Origin: Victivallaceae bacterium
Lineage (GTDB): Bacteria > Verrucomicrobiota > Lentisphaeria > Victivallales > Victivallaceae
Direction of reading: 5' to 3'
Assembly: GCA_028717165.1 (NCBI GenBank)
Contig: JAQUOK010000001.1
Span: 1 to 63,291, forward strand
DNA: 63,291 nt
Shown here one piece after another: positions 1-8,641 of the stretch (position 1 is the stretch's first letter; each line of letters begins with the position of its first letter). The notes beneath the pieces are model-generated. The model was not told where the DNA came from, searched no databases, and was given only the letters and a program-made list of their open reading frames with translations. The position numbers and the translations under genes were made by a program.

Positions 1-33
1 CATTGTAAAGTAAATTTTGTGTAGATCGTTCAT
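1..33 (-). CDS. 5' fragment of an unidentified gene that continues past the left edge (MNDLHKIYFTM...)
   Basis: Minus-strand ATG at 33-31 with GGAGG at 42-38. Only 11 codons lie in the window, so identity is unknown. Confidence 0.2.
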   Translation of the reverse strand, partial: MNDLHKIYFTM

Positions 34-124
34 TTTGCCTCCGAGTTGATAGCCTCGAGGTTAAGATGAACTTTCTACCATATTTTCACAAGTCGGCAAA
101 TAAAAAACTTTTGAAATTAGCTCC

Positions 125-586
125 ATGAAGATTATTTCGCCTGATATTTTAGATGCTGTCCATCGCATGAAGTTACAGCTTGGAACCAATATCGAAGTTG
201 CGAAAAGACTTGGAGTATCCTCAAAACACGTTGGTAAAATTCTCGCGGAAGATGTTAAGTATTTTGAAGATAAAACCTGGACGCGAATCAAACCATTGCT
301 TTCACCTTATATCAAATTAAGCCGCAGTTCAGATTTAAACCTCTCGGAAGAGGAAAAAGAGATCATTAAATATTTGCGCCGTCCGGAGAATCGCCGCCAG
401 GTCCTGCAATTACTGCTAAAAATAGAAGAATACAAAGACCAGTATTATGGTAATTCCCTAAATGAACGTCACGAAGTCAATGAGGCTGGTTCAGAGTTCC
501 AGATTGTCGCCGAAGAGTGCTCTCCCATAACAAAACGCACCGTTAAGTCGATAAACAAGATTCCAAATAAAGCGCTTGAAGCCTGA
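125..586 (+). CDS. small helix-turn-helix protein (putative DNA-binding regulator), 153 aa
   Basis: ORF track. 'NIEVAKRLGVSSKHVGKIL' looks like an HTH. AT-rich locus, divergent from the 1-33 fragment. No named family recognised. Confidence 0.55.
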   Translation: MKIISPDILDAVHRMKLQLGTNIEVAKRLGVSSKHVGKILAEDVKYFEDKTWTRIKPLLSPYIKLSRSSDLNLSEEEKEIIKYLRRPENRRQVLQLLLKIEEYKDQYYGNSLNERHEVNEAGSEFQIVAEECSPITKRTVKSINKIPNKALEA

Positions 587-591
587 AATTA

Positions 592-3135
592 TTACATCCC
601 CATTTCGCCTTCATTGATTTTCTTTAACATGTCTTCGCTCACCTCAATCAGTTCGCCGTCGCGGGCAAATGCCCTTGACATGCGGTCAAAAATATTGTTT
701 CCGGCCTGACGTTTCAGGCCTTCGAGGTCGCCGATAATGACTATTTCCCGGCGGCATCTGGTATGCGCCACATTGATGCGGTTGGGATTGTCCACAAAAC
801 CGATACCTTCATTTTTATTGCTGCGGACATAACAGATTATTACAATGTCGCTTTCGGCGCCCTGAAAACTGTCGACCGTGGCAATCCTGGAATTGACGAA
901 GGCATACCAGCGCCGGTCGGAAATTTTCTGCTGCGGACACAAAGTCCTGACCTTTTCAAGCGAAATATTATCGCGGATCAGTTTTACCTGCCGCCGATAG
1001 GGAGCGATTATCGAAATTTCCTCCAGCGGATATTTTTCAACCGCCCGGTAAAAGGCATAAAGACAAAGTTCGGCCTCGACCGGATTGGCGATCCCCGGCT
1101 TCTGGCGTTCAAGTTCCAGATGTTCCCGGCGCTTTGCTTCCGGCAGGGAGGAAGTCGACAGGAAACGCAGGGTTGAAGCCGGATATTTGTCTTTCCGCTC
1201 ATGGTACGAAAGTTTGAAGTATTCAGCGGATGAACTCGGGAGCACCCCGGCGTCGTAAAACAAAGTCGAAGCAAAGCGCAGCAGCCGGGGATTCTGGCAG
1301 CGGTAGGAACGCTGCAGCATGATAACCGGGACTTTCCTGACTTTCGTCAGCCATTCAAGCGCGCTGTATTTTATCAAGGCTTCCCGCTGCCGGGACAAGG
1401 GCCCGAATTTTTCCGCCGCTTCGGCGATTACCGCGTGCGGCAGCGGAAAAGGCGGCAGTTGAAGATGATCGCCGAAAAGCACCGCCCGCTTGCCGAAACG
1501 CGCGCAAAGCAGGAATTCCTCCATATTGGACATTCCCGCCTCATCAAAAATAACCACGTCATAACATCCGTTCTGCTTCATGTCGTCGCTGACGATATTG
1601 TCCCGGAGCAGTCCCACCTGCGTTCCCGCGTAAATTCCGCCGGTATTCAACTGCTGCCGCTTCAGGACAAAACGTTTAACGTTTTGCCCCTCGCCGATCC
1701 AGCATTGCGCCGCTACATCGGGAGCGATGCTCCGGTTGGTTTTGCCGAACCGCATAACCGGCAGGTCAATAATTCGCCGGCAGATGTTGTCAACCGCGGT
1801 ATTTGAAGGAGCGGTTATCAGTATCCTCAATTTCCGGGCGCACAAGGTCCGGACAAGCTGTTCCAGACAAAAAGTTTTTCCCGTCCCCGGCGGCCCCTGG
1901 ATCAGGACAAGCGGATTGGCCGGATCGACGGCGCTGCGCCAGGCGCTGCGCTGGGAAGCGTCCATGGCAGCCGGAGGAGAACCATTTTTGCCGGGCCTGA
2001 AAGAAAAACCCTGGAAACCGAGAATATACTTCAGAACGCTTTCTGAACGGTCATTATCGTCCCCGGCGCAGAAAGAATGATAAAGCTGCCCGAATGTGTT
2101 CGTCAGGAATTCCCGCGGACTTCGCTGCAGCCGGATAAACATCCTTGTCAGCAGTTTCCGGATATCCCGCGGATAATCGCAACGCAGCCGGCCCAATATC
2201 CTGTCCCCGTCAAAAATATCAACTTTGAAGGTTCCCAGAAGATCTTTTTCCCCGCGCAGAAAAACATTTAGAATATCATTCTGCCTTATCGGCATTTCCA
2301 CATTTATATTTATTCGCAAAGGGATATCGAATTTCCCGGCCGGCCCGATTATTTCAGCATCCTTCAAAGGCAGTACAAAATGAACTTCATCCTCGGTTGC
2401 GAGCCGGTAAGCCTGGTTGATGAATTCCATATCCGCCTGTATCTGCCACGGCGTCCGGGCGGGAATCTCGGCGGCGGCAACTGCCGCTTCAAGGCGTCCG
2501 AGGTCATTCCCGGCATCCCATGAATAATCCCCGTCGAGCGGCAGGCTCAACTGCCGGCTCAATTCGTCCGCGGCCATATCCGCTGTCGCTTTTCTTATCA
2601 GGTTCTTTACGAAAGCGGCGGATGAACGTTTCATCAGATTGACCAGCCCCGGAGGATACAGGTCCGCGATTTCGGTAAGAACCGAGAGGAAATCTTTTTT
2701 GGTGAGAGCGAGGATATTTTTTCCGGGATCATGCCTGCGTACATACGCGACGGCTTCCATAACGACTTCAAGTTTTTCGCCCATGCTGTAATCGTCATCG
2801 CTGAACAGCACAAGGTCATCCTCGTAAATCCTGGCATCCCCGTCGGCAAAAGTCAGGAGGAAACGCTTTTCCCATTCCCCGGTTTCAACCAGCAGGGCGG
2901 GACACATGTCGCTGTTCAGCCAGCTGTAATAGGCGATTTTTTTACCTTCATATTCCGGGAGATCGAATTTTATGCCCATCAGTTCAATCGAATTTCCCAC
3001 CGCGAACGGCTGCGGGGAATAGAGGCTTTCCCACAATTCGTAAAAATCTTTGGTTAAAACGTAATCCGGATTATTTTGCCATAAACGCCGGCCTTCTTTA
3101 TAAAAGAAGTTTATTTTATCTATTTCATTGTTCAC
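592..3135 (-). CDS. SF1 Upf1/DNA2-like (AAA_11/AAA_12-type) helicase with ~400-aa uncharacterised N-terminal region, 847 aa
   Basis: Walker A 'GPPGTGKT', Walker B 'VVIFDEAGM', 'DSFQGAESDIVII', motif VI-like 'RINVAHTRCRREIVIIGD'. The N-terminal half has no motif I recognise. Confidence 0.85.
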   Translation of the reverse strand: MNNEIDKINFFYKEGRRLWQNNPDYVLTKDFYELWESLYSPQPFAVGNSIELMGIKFDLPEYEGKKIAYYSWLNSDMCPALLVETGEWEKRFLLTFADGDARIYEDDLVLFSDDDYSMGEKLEVVMEAVAYVRRHDPGKNILALTKKDFLSVLTEIADLYPPGLVNLMKRSSAAFVKNLIRKATADMAADELSRQLSLPLDGDYSWDAGNDLGRLEAAVAAAEIPARTPWQIQADMEFINQAYRLATEDEVHFVLPLKDAEIIGPAGKFDIPLRININVEMPIRQNDILNVFLRGEKDLLGTFKVDIFDGDRILGRLRCDYPRDIRKLLTRMFIRLQRSPREFLTNTFGQLYHSFCAGDDNDRSESVLKYILGFQGFSFRPGKNGSPPAAMDASQRSAWRSAVDPANPLVLIQGPPGTGKTFCLEQLVRTLCARKLRILITAPSNTAVDNICRRIIDLPVMRFGKTNRSIAPDVAAQCWIGEGQNVKRFVLKRQQLNTGGIYAGTQVGLLRDNIVSDDMKQNGCYDVVIFDEAGMSNMEEFLLCARFGKRAVLFGDHLQLPPFPLPHAVIAEAAEKFGPLSRQREALIKYSALEWLTKVRKVPVIMLQRSYRCQNPRLLRFASTLFYDAGVLPSSSAEYFKLSYHERKDKYPASTLRFLSTSSLPEAKRREHLELERQKPGIANPVEAELCLYAFYRAVEKYPLEEISIIAPYRRQVKLIRDNISLEKVRTLCPQQKISDRRWYAFVNSRIATVDSFQGAESDIVIICYVRSNKNEGIGFVDNPNRINVAHTRCRREIVIIGDLEGLKRQAGNNIFDRMSRAFARDGELIEVSEDMLKKINEGEMGM

Positions 3136-3144
3136 ATTAAAAAC

Positions 3145-4314
3145 TCATTTTTTCCCCGGAGATTTATTCTGCCTGCGAATCCTCTCCTCCAGCCGGTAAT
3201 TCAGCAAAGCGTTTTCCGCTTCCGTTTTCTGTTTCCGCAAAATCTCCATCTTGCTCTGCAAGTCCGCAGCGGTTTTCTTCAGTTCCGTTATTTCCTTATT
3301 ATAGTTTTCGTTTGATATCCTGGTCTTCTGGTTCTGCGTATTCAGTTCGACGATCCGGTCCAGCAGTTCCCGGCGGTCCTTGTCGAAACCTTCCTTCATT
3401 AATTTAATTTCTTCCCGCTGCTGTTCAAGCATGGATTTGCCGTATTTGGCAAGCATGGTTTCAAAGGCAAGCTGCTGGTTGGAGAGTTCCGATTTCAATT
3501 TATCGATGTTGTCACGGGAATTCTTATTGTCGCCCTCAATTATCGTGGACAGTTTTTTCAGGTCCAGCCTTTGCTCCTTATCGACGATCATGCGTTTCTG
3601 CAGTTCTTCAATGAATAAAGTCTTGTTCTGAGCAATGCTTTTCTCAAGGTTTTGTTCCGTATTTTTCAGGTTTTCTTTCTGGCTGAGCAACTGATAATAA
3701 ATTCTGCTGGAACTGAGCACTACGGTAATAACGATCGTAAACCCCAGCGCGATAACCAGTAAAAGCCGCCGGGAATTTTGTCTGGTAAGTTTATTCGCAT
3801 CAAGATGGGTGCTGTGCGCGTTGGTTGCGACATCATGGAATTTCATGTGAAGCACGCGCTCGAGCTTTTCCTGCTGGCGCTTCAATACCGGCAGCATCGC
3901 CGCAAGCTGCGCCTCATGCAGTTCGGTCGCGGTTTCACGCAGCTTTTCAATAATCATCTGCTCAATTTTCTCGATCTGCTGCTTGATGACAAACACTATT
4001 TCTTCAATGGAAAGATCGGCTTCCGGCGGAAATTGTTCTCCTGTCTTTACCGGCATATCATCGGAAAAATCAGCATTTACCGGATGTCTTTCTGCCAGTT
4101 CCCGCATGATTTCCGAAACGGTTTTGCCATCGGCGCGGAGGGCGGCTATTTCCTTAAGCACTTCCAGGGAGCTGTCGAAATAAATCTTGCGGTGTCCCCT
4201 GATTTCAAAGTCAATATACCGTTCATAACGTTCCAGCCAGTCTTTCAGCGTGGTACGCGGCACATCGAGTTCTTTCACAAAATCAGCGATGATATAAGTT
4301 TCCCGGTTGTCCAT
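3145..4314 (-). CDS. MerR/excisionase-type HTH protein with one TM helix and long coiled-coil regions, 389 aa
   Basis: N-terminal 'IADFVKELDVPRTTLKDWLERYERYI...GHRKIY' HTH. TM 'LLLVIALGFTIVITVVLSS'. K/E/Q/L-rich heptad-like C-terminal half. 9-nt gap to the helicase and 11-nt gap to ribF. Confidence 0.7.
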   Translation of the reverse strand: MDNRETYIIADFVKELDVPRTTLKDWLERYERYIDFEIRGHRKIYFDSSLEVLKEIAALRADGKTVSEIMRELAERHPVNADFSDDMPVKTGEQFPPEADLSIEEIVFVIKQQIEKIEQMIIEKLRETATELHEAQLAAMLPVLKRQQEKLERVLHMKFHDVATNAHSTHLDANKLTRQNSRRLLLVIALGFTIVITVVLSSSRIYYQLLSQKENLKNTEQNLEKSIAQNKTLFIEELQKRMIVDKEQRLDLKKLSTIIEGDNKNSRDNIDKLKSELSNQQLAFETMLAKYGKSMLEQQREEIKLMKEGFDKDRRELLDRIVELNTQNQKTRISNENYNKEITELKKTAADLQSKMEILRKQKTEAENALLNYRLEERIRRQNKSPGKK

Positions 4315-4325
4315 AACTAAACTCC

Positions 4326-5282
4326 TTATATACCAACAATTTGTACAATTTTATCCAAATCCGCTTCTATTTGTTTCTTCAGTTCGCCGGGAGATAAAAA
4401 ACAACGTTCTTCGCGAATATATTCCAGGAGCTCGACTTCCACGTTCCCGCCGTAAATATCTTCCGAAAAATCTATGCAATGAACCTCAAGCCGGACTTTT
4501 TTTTCGCCGGGGCGGTCATAGGTCGGGGAAATTCCGATATTAACGGCAGCAATATATTGTCTCCCGTTTATAAAAGCGCGTGCGGCATACACTCCGCACG
4601 GAGGCAATACCCCGTATTGTATGTTTAAATTGGCGGTCGGATGCTGCAGGTCTCTGGTTGCGTCCTGATGCCCCCGTTCGACAATACCGGCAAGGCTGTA
4701 ATTGCGTCCCAGCATTTCAGCGGCTTCGGACAGTTTCCCGCCGGCAATCGCCCTTCTGACACCCGTACTGCTCACCACTTCGCCGTTCATGACGAATTCC
4801 CGAACTGCGGCAAAATCGAACCCCTCTTTAACGGACATTTTTTCCAGCAGGTCAATTCCGCCGGCACCTTTAGCGCCGAAGCGCCATTTTTCTCCGAGAC
4901 AAAGCCCGCAGATCTCTATTTCCGGCGAATGCAGGCATTTTCCCATGAACTTTTCCGGACTCTGTTCCGCAAAACTCTGCGAAAAAGGCAAAGTAACCAC
5001 GGCCTGCGCGCCATAATCATGAAGCAGGCTTATCCGCTTCCAGGGAGAAATCAGAAGCGGCGGCGGATTTTGCGGATTCAGGACCGCGCGCGGATGCGGA
5101 TAGAAAGTCATCGCCACGGGGACGGAGTTATTTCTTTCCGCCATTTCCGCAAGCTGCTTCAACAAGAGCTGGTGCCCGCGGTGAACTCCGTCAAAAACCC
5201 CGATCGCAATGCTGACGCGCGTAATACCGTTTTCAACCAGTTCCCCTAATGAACTTACATTTAACTTTATGTTTCCGGTCAT
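4326..5282 (-). CDS. ribF: bifunctional riboflavin kinase / FMN adenylyltransferase
   Basis: 'GVFDGVHRGHQ' adenylyltransferase motif, 'TFYPHP', and a C-terminal riboflavin kinase-like region. 318 aa. Confidence 0.9.
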   Translation of the reverse strand: MTGNIKLNVSSLGELVENGITRVSIAIGVFDGVHRGHQLLLKQLAEMAERNNSVPVAMTFYPHPRAVLNPQNPPPLLISPWKRISLLHDYGAQAVVTLPFSQSFAEQSPEKFMGKCLHSPEIEICGLCLGEKWRFGAKGAGGIDLLEKMSVKEGFDFAAVREFVMNGEVVSSTGVRRAIAGGKLSEAAEMLGRNYSLAGIVERGHQDATRDLQHPTANLNIQYGVLPPCGVYAARAFINGRQYIAAVNIGISPTYDRPGEKKVRLEVHCIDFSEDIYGGNVEVELLEYIREERCFLSPGELKKQIEADLDKIVQIVGI

Positions 5283-5485
5283 TCTTATATTTTGCCGCCA
5301 TGTTTTCGTAAAAATCGCTTAAATCTTTGCAATATATAGTATTTAAAGGTATATTTATGTTAAAGAATTACAACCGTTATTTTACCGTCATTTTGTTTTT
5401 TTAGCGAAAACTTTAAGGTTTCCGGGAAAATTAACGGGTTTTGACGGCCCAAAGACATAAATTTTAACGCAAGAGATATTATAAA

Positions 5486-5980
5486 GTGAAAAAAATATTA
5501 TATCCGGGAAGTTTTGATCCGCTGACCAACGGCCATCTGGATTTAATCAAACGGGCAAGCAAACTCTTTGACGAAGTTATCGTCGGCGTCGCTATAAACC
5601 GGGACAAAAATTATTTTCTGACCCAGACGGAAAAAGTGACGATTATTAAGGAATGCTGCGCCGGGCTGCCGAATGTAACGGTTACCCCTTTCAGCGGTTT
5701 GATCGTCAACGCCCTGAATGCCTGTAAAGCCCAGGCTATTCTGCGCGGCCTGCGGGCTTTTTCCGATTTTGAGTATGAGCTTCAGATGGCTTTAATGAAC
5801 CGCAGCCTGAATCACAAATGTGAAACGATTTTCATGATGCCGACGCCGAGGAATTCTTTTGTAAGTTCGAGTATTGTCAAGGAGGCCGCTTTGCTGGGGG
5901 CTGATTTTTCACAATATGTCCCGGCTCCGGTTTTCGAGCTTATCAGCCGGAAACTCGAGGTCATGCGGAAACCGCAATGA
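5486..5980 (+). CDS. coaD: phosphopantetheine adenylyltransferase
   Basis: GTG start. 'YPGSFDPLTNGHLDLI' (T/H-x-G-H nucleotidyltransferase motif). 164 aa, typical size. Confidence 0.93.
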   Translation: MKKILYPGSFDPLTNGHLDLIKRASKLFDEVIVGVAINRDKNYFLTQTEKVTIIKECCAGLPNVTVTPFSGLIVNALNACKAQAILRGLRAFSDFEYELQMALMNRSLNHKCETIFMMPTPRNSFVSSSIVKEAALLGADFSQYVPAPVFELISRKLEVMRKPQ

Positions 5981-6441
5981 TAAGTTTCTCAGTAGATCTT
6001 TTAAAAAAGCAGGATATAGATATCCAAGGCGAAGAACCGCCGTCGTTTCTGGATGTCGGAAATTCGGAAATGATATCCTTCAGGGATAATGTCCGTTATA
6101 AACTGCACATCTCGCTCGTCTCCGGCGGCGTTCTGATAAAAGGCTGCGTGAATAGCGGTTACGAAGGCGTATGCGGCCGCTGTCTGGAACATTTCAAGGG
6201 GGAATTCGGAACTTCCGAACTCTGTTTATTTTATGAAAACGTCTGCGGCGCGGAACTGGATATCAGCGAAGACGTCCGCGCGGCTCTCGTTGTGGAAATA
6301 CCCATGAACTGCATATGTGGTGAGAACTGCCTCGGATTGTGTCCCCGTTGCGGATGCAACCTCAACAGGGAACAATGCAGTTGCGAAGACACAGATGACG
6401 GTAACAATCCATGGTCGGAACTGAACAAGCTTAAACTATAG
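5977..6441 (+). CDS. yceD: YceD/DUF177 family protein (large-subunit rRNA accumulation protein-like)
   Basis: 4-nt ATGA overlap with coaD. Cys pairs 'CGRCLE' and 'CGENCLGLCPRCGCNLN...CSC' are typical of DUF177. Confidence 0.75.
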   Translation: MISFSVDLLKKQDIDIQGEEPPSFLDVGNSEMISFRDNVRYKLHISLVSGGVLIKGCVNSGYEGVCGRCLEHFKGEFGTSELCLFYENVCGAELDISEDVRAALVVEIPMNCICGENCLGLCPRCGCNLNREQCSCEDTDDGNNPWSELNKLKL

Positions 6442-6449
6442 GAGGCTGC

Positions 6450-7451
6450 ATGAAAAAACTTTTGTTTGCTCTGGTTCCTTTCTTTATGCTCGTGTTTTTC
6501 CTGGCGGCGGAAGAAAAAACGGAAGAAGAAAAAAAGCCGGAAGCCGATACCAGTGAAATTCAAAAAAAGGAAGAAGGCAAGAAGAAACTGGAATTTGACA
6601 AAGAGAGCACGTTGAAGAACGAAAAGAAAACGTTTGATTTTGACAGTTCCAGCACTTTGAACAAGGGCAAGAAAAGTTCCCTTGAATTTGATGCCGGGTC
6701 AACTCTTTCCGGTTCAAGTTTAAGCCTGTCGGTCGATACAACGGTTAAAAACATAAAAGAACGGCTGCAGCAGAGTCCGGAGAAAGCTAAGATACTGCAG
6801 GCAAAAGCTGTTTATGTCGGAAAGCTTAAGAAAGAAGCGGAAGCGACCGGAAATCCCGACGCTGTTAAAGCCTGCGCCGATTTTGCCGGAAACCTGAAGA
6901 TACTGGCCGACTTTTACGCCGGGCAGGGGCAGGATGTGCCGAATGAAAAATTATTCAAAGCCTATAATGACTGCCAATATCCTGAAAAAGGGATTTCGCA
7001 ACTTAAACTGCGGATAGCGGCCGCCAGATACAATGCCCCGGCGGCAAAGAAGATCAGGAAGTTTCAGCGCGCGGCGGCAAATTACCGCGAACGGGCCCAG
7101 ATAGCCGCCCGGCAGGGTTACGTGGCCAAGGCGGAATATTATAACGCCTGCGCAGAACTGAAAGGCCAGGCGGCGGCCGTTTATGCCAAAGACCCCAAAA
7201 TCGAAGCACGCTGCAATGACGGCATGAAAGCCGCCAGAAACAAATACCTCATGAACGATGCGAAAGAATCCGCCGTCCGTTTCCGGCGGCGCGCGCAGGA
7301 CGCCCGCGCCAGTGACGATACGGCGAATGCGGAGTATTACGAAAAAGTCGCGCTCCTGAAGGAAAGGCTGTATAACGCTTACAAAAACAATGATGAAAGC
7401 GCGGTGAAATCCATTCTGAAAGAATACAACGAAATGCGTTCGGGAAGGTAA
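6450..7451 (+). CDS. secreted K/E/A-rich protein of unknown function, 333 aa
   Basis: Signal-peptide-like 'MKKLLFALVPFFMLVFFLAA'. Three '(L/F)(E/D)FD..STL' repeats. Charged alpha-helical remainder. Confidence 0.7.
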   Translation: MKKLLFALVPFFMLVFFLAAEEKTEEEKKPEADTSEIQKKEEGKKKLEFDKESTLKNEKKTFDFDSSSTLNKGKKSSLEFDAGSTLSGSSLSLSVDTTVKNIKERLQQSPEKAKILQAKAVYVGKLKKEAEATGNPDAVKACADFAGNLKILADFYAGQGQDVPNEKLFKAYNDCQYPEKGISQLKLRIAAARYNAPAAKKIRKFQRAAANYRERAQIAARQGYVAKAEYYNACAELKGQAAAVYAKDPKIEARCNDGMKAARNKYLMNDAKESAVRFRRRAQDARASDDTANAEYYEKVALLKERLYNAYKNNDESAVKSILKEYNEMRSGR

Positions 7452-7463
7452 GCTGTTGGGTTG

Positions 7464-7517
7464 TTTGGCGGAAAAGGGGAAAGTTTTTGAACAAACTTTC
7501 CCCTTTTCCGCCAAACC
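7464..7517 (+). terminator. perfect 24-bp stem / 6-nt loop hairpin immediately after the 6450-7451 gene
   Basis: 7464-7487 is the exact reverse complement of 7494-7517 (loop ttgaac). There is no immediately adjacent T-run; T8 lies about 20 nt downstream. Terminator function is therefore inferred. Confidence 0.45.
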
Positions 7518-7540
7518 CCTAATTCCCTTTGAAAATTTTT

Positions 7541-7686
7541 TTTGCATATTTGTAAAATCAGTCAGGGGAAAAATCATTTTCCGCATTGCTTGTACTGCTT
7601 TGCGGGCTGGAGCTTAGCGGAAGACGAGCACGGCCGGGAACAGGGAATATTACGAAAAATCGAACAGTTTTTACAAATATGCAAAA
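7541..7686. repeat. inverted pair of exact 18-mers TTTTGCATATTTGTAAAA (7541-7558 and, reverse-complemented, 7669-7686) flanking 110 bp
   Basis: Read directly from the sequence. A third exact copy lies at 42517-42534. Confidence 0.9.
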
Positions 7687-7693
7687 TTTCATA

Positions 7694-7722
7694 TTGACAA
7701 AAACGCTTTCATGCTATATAAT
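7694..7722 (+). promoter_or_regulatory. consensus sigma-70-type promoter TTGACA-17 bp-TATAAT
   Basis: TTGACA at 7694-7699 and TATAAT at 7717-7722 with a 17-bp spacer. Upstream of the pseudopilin-like gene. The 18-mer motif sits at about -42 to -60. Confidence 0.5.
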
Positions 7723-7984
7723 ATATATCATTGGTGTATAACATATAATACATTTAGGCATGGCCAAGGGATAATATCTGACTGTGGCAAGACTTGAAGA
7801 AAAAACAGATACAACAGTATTGTCTTTTGCGGACGTTGCGTGTATAATCGACAATATAGGAATATTGGATTGCTACGGATATACTGAGCTGGTAAATACA
7901 AAAGTATCGGCCAGGGCGGTTAAGTTCATCAAAGATACTGATAAAACGATCAATGTAAAATTAAAACAATACAAAGAGGCTGAA

Positions 7985-8590
7985 ATGAAACATATTTTTA
8001 CACTTATCGAGCTCCTCATCGTGATCGCCATCATTGCCATTCTCGCCTCAATGCTGCTGCCTGTTCTTGGCAAGGCAAGGGAAAAAGCCATACAGGTGGA
8101 ATGTATGAATAATTTAAAACAACTCGGTCAGGGCATCAATTTCTATTCTTCGGATTATGATGACTGGCTGCTCATGTACAATGACGGGGCCTTATATGCC
8201 TGGGAATATTTTTTGCCCGGCTACTGGAAACCCGGTACGGCCGGCGGTCTGGAAAATTTACCCAAGTGTAAAAGCTGGTTGCCGCGGATGCATGAGCTTA
8301 TGGCGACTAACGCAGTATATGCAAAATATCCCGGTTACGGCTACAACTGGTCGGCGGGGGATTTAAGAGCCGGATTTGATGTAAAACCAAAGAAAATCAA
8401 TATGATACGCAAGATTTCCGAAAAGGTGATAATCGCTGATACGGTAGATGGCAACAGCAGATGGTATCGTACGTCTTATATAGACTATAATAGACATACC
8501 AGAAGAACGGCGAACATTCTTTATCTGGACGGTCATTCCGGAAGTGTAACCGAAGGAACGATTAGCGAAGAACAAACCAATTGGCAATAA
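7985..8590 (+). CDS. prepilin-type N-terminal cleavage/methylation domain protein (DUF1559 / H-X9-DG-like pseudopilin), 201 aa
   Basis: '[26 protein letters not shown]' and C-terminal '[12 protein letters not shown]'. ATG at 7985 follows 'aaagagg'. The ORF track's GTG at 7784 would add 67 aa upstream of the pilin-like leader, which is unlikely. Confidence 0.85.
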   Translation: MKHIFTLIELLIVIAIIAILASMLLPVLGKAREKAIQVECMNNLKQLGQGINFYSSDYDDWLLMYNDGALYAWEYFLPGYWKPGTAGGLENLPKCKSWLPRMHELMATNAVYAKYPGYGYNWSAGDLRAGFDVKPKKINMIRKISEKVIIADTVDGNSRWYRTSYIDYNRHTRRTANILYLDGHSGSVTEGTISEEQTNWQ

Positions 8591-8641
8591 CGCCACCAAA
8601 TTCTGTAAATAAAATACAACCACCGTAAGGAGGAACAAACA

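Noticed and set aside
7784-7984. N-terminal ORF-track extensions. These are 7784 for the pilin-like gene, 32290 for the mutase, 35222 and 35560 for the OFOR subunits, 50996 for AraC, 22334 for the epimerase and 42290 for iorA.
   Set aside because: In each case an internal start with a better SD and/or the family-typical N-terminus exists. The extension either overlaps the upstream gene or promoter, or translates AT-rich non-coding DNA.
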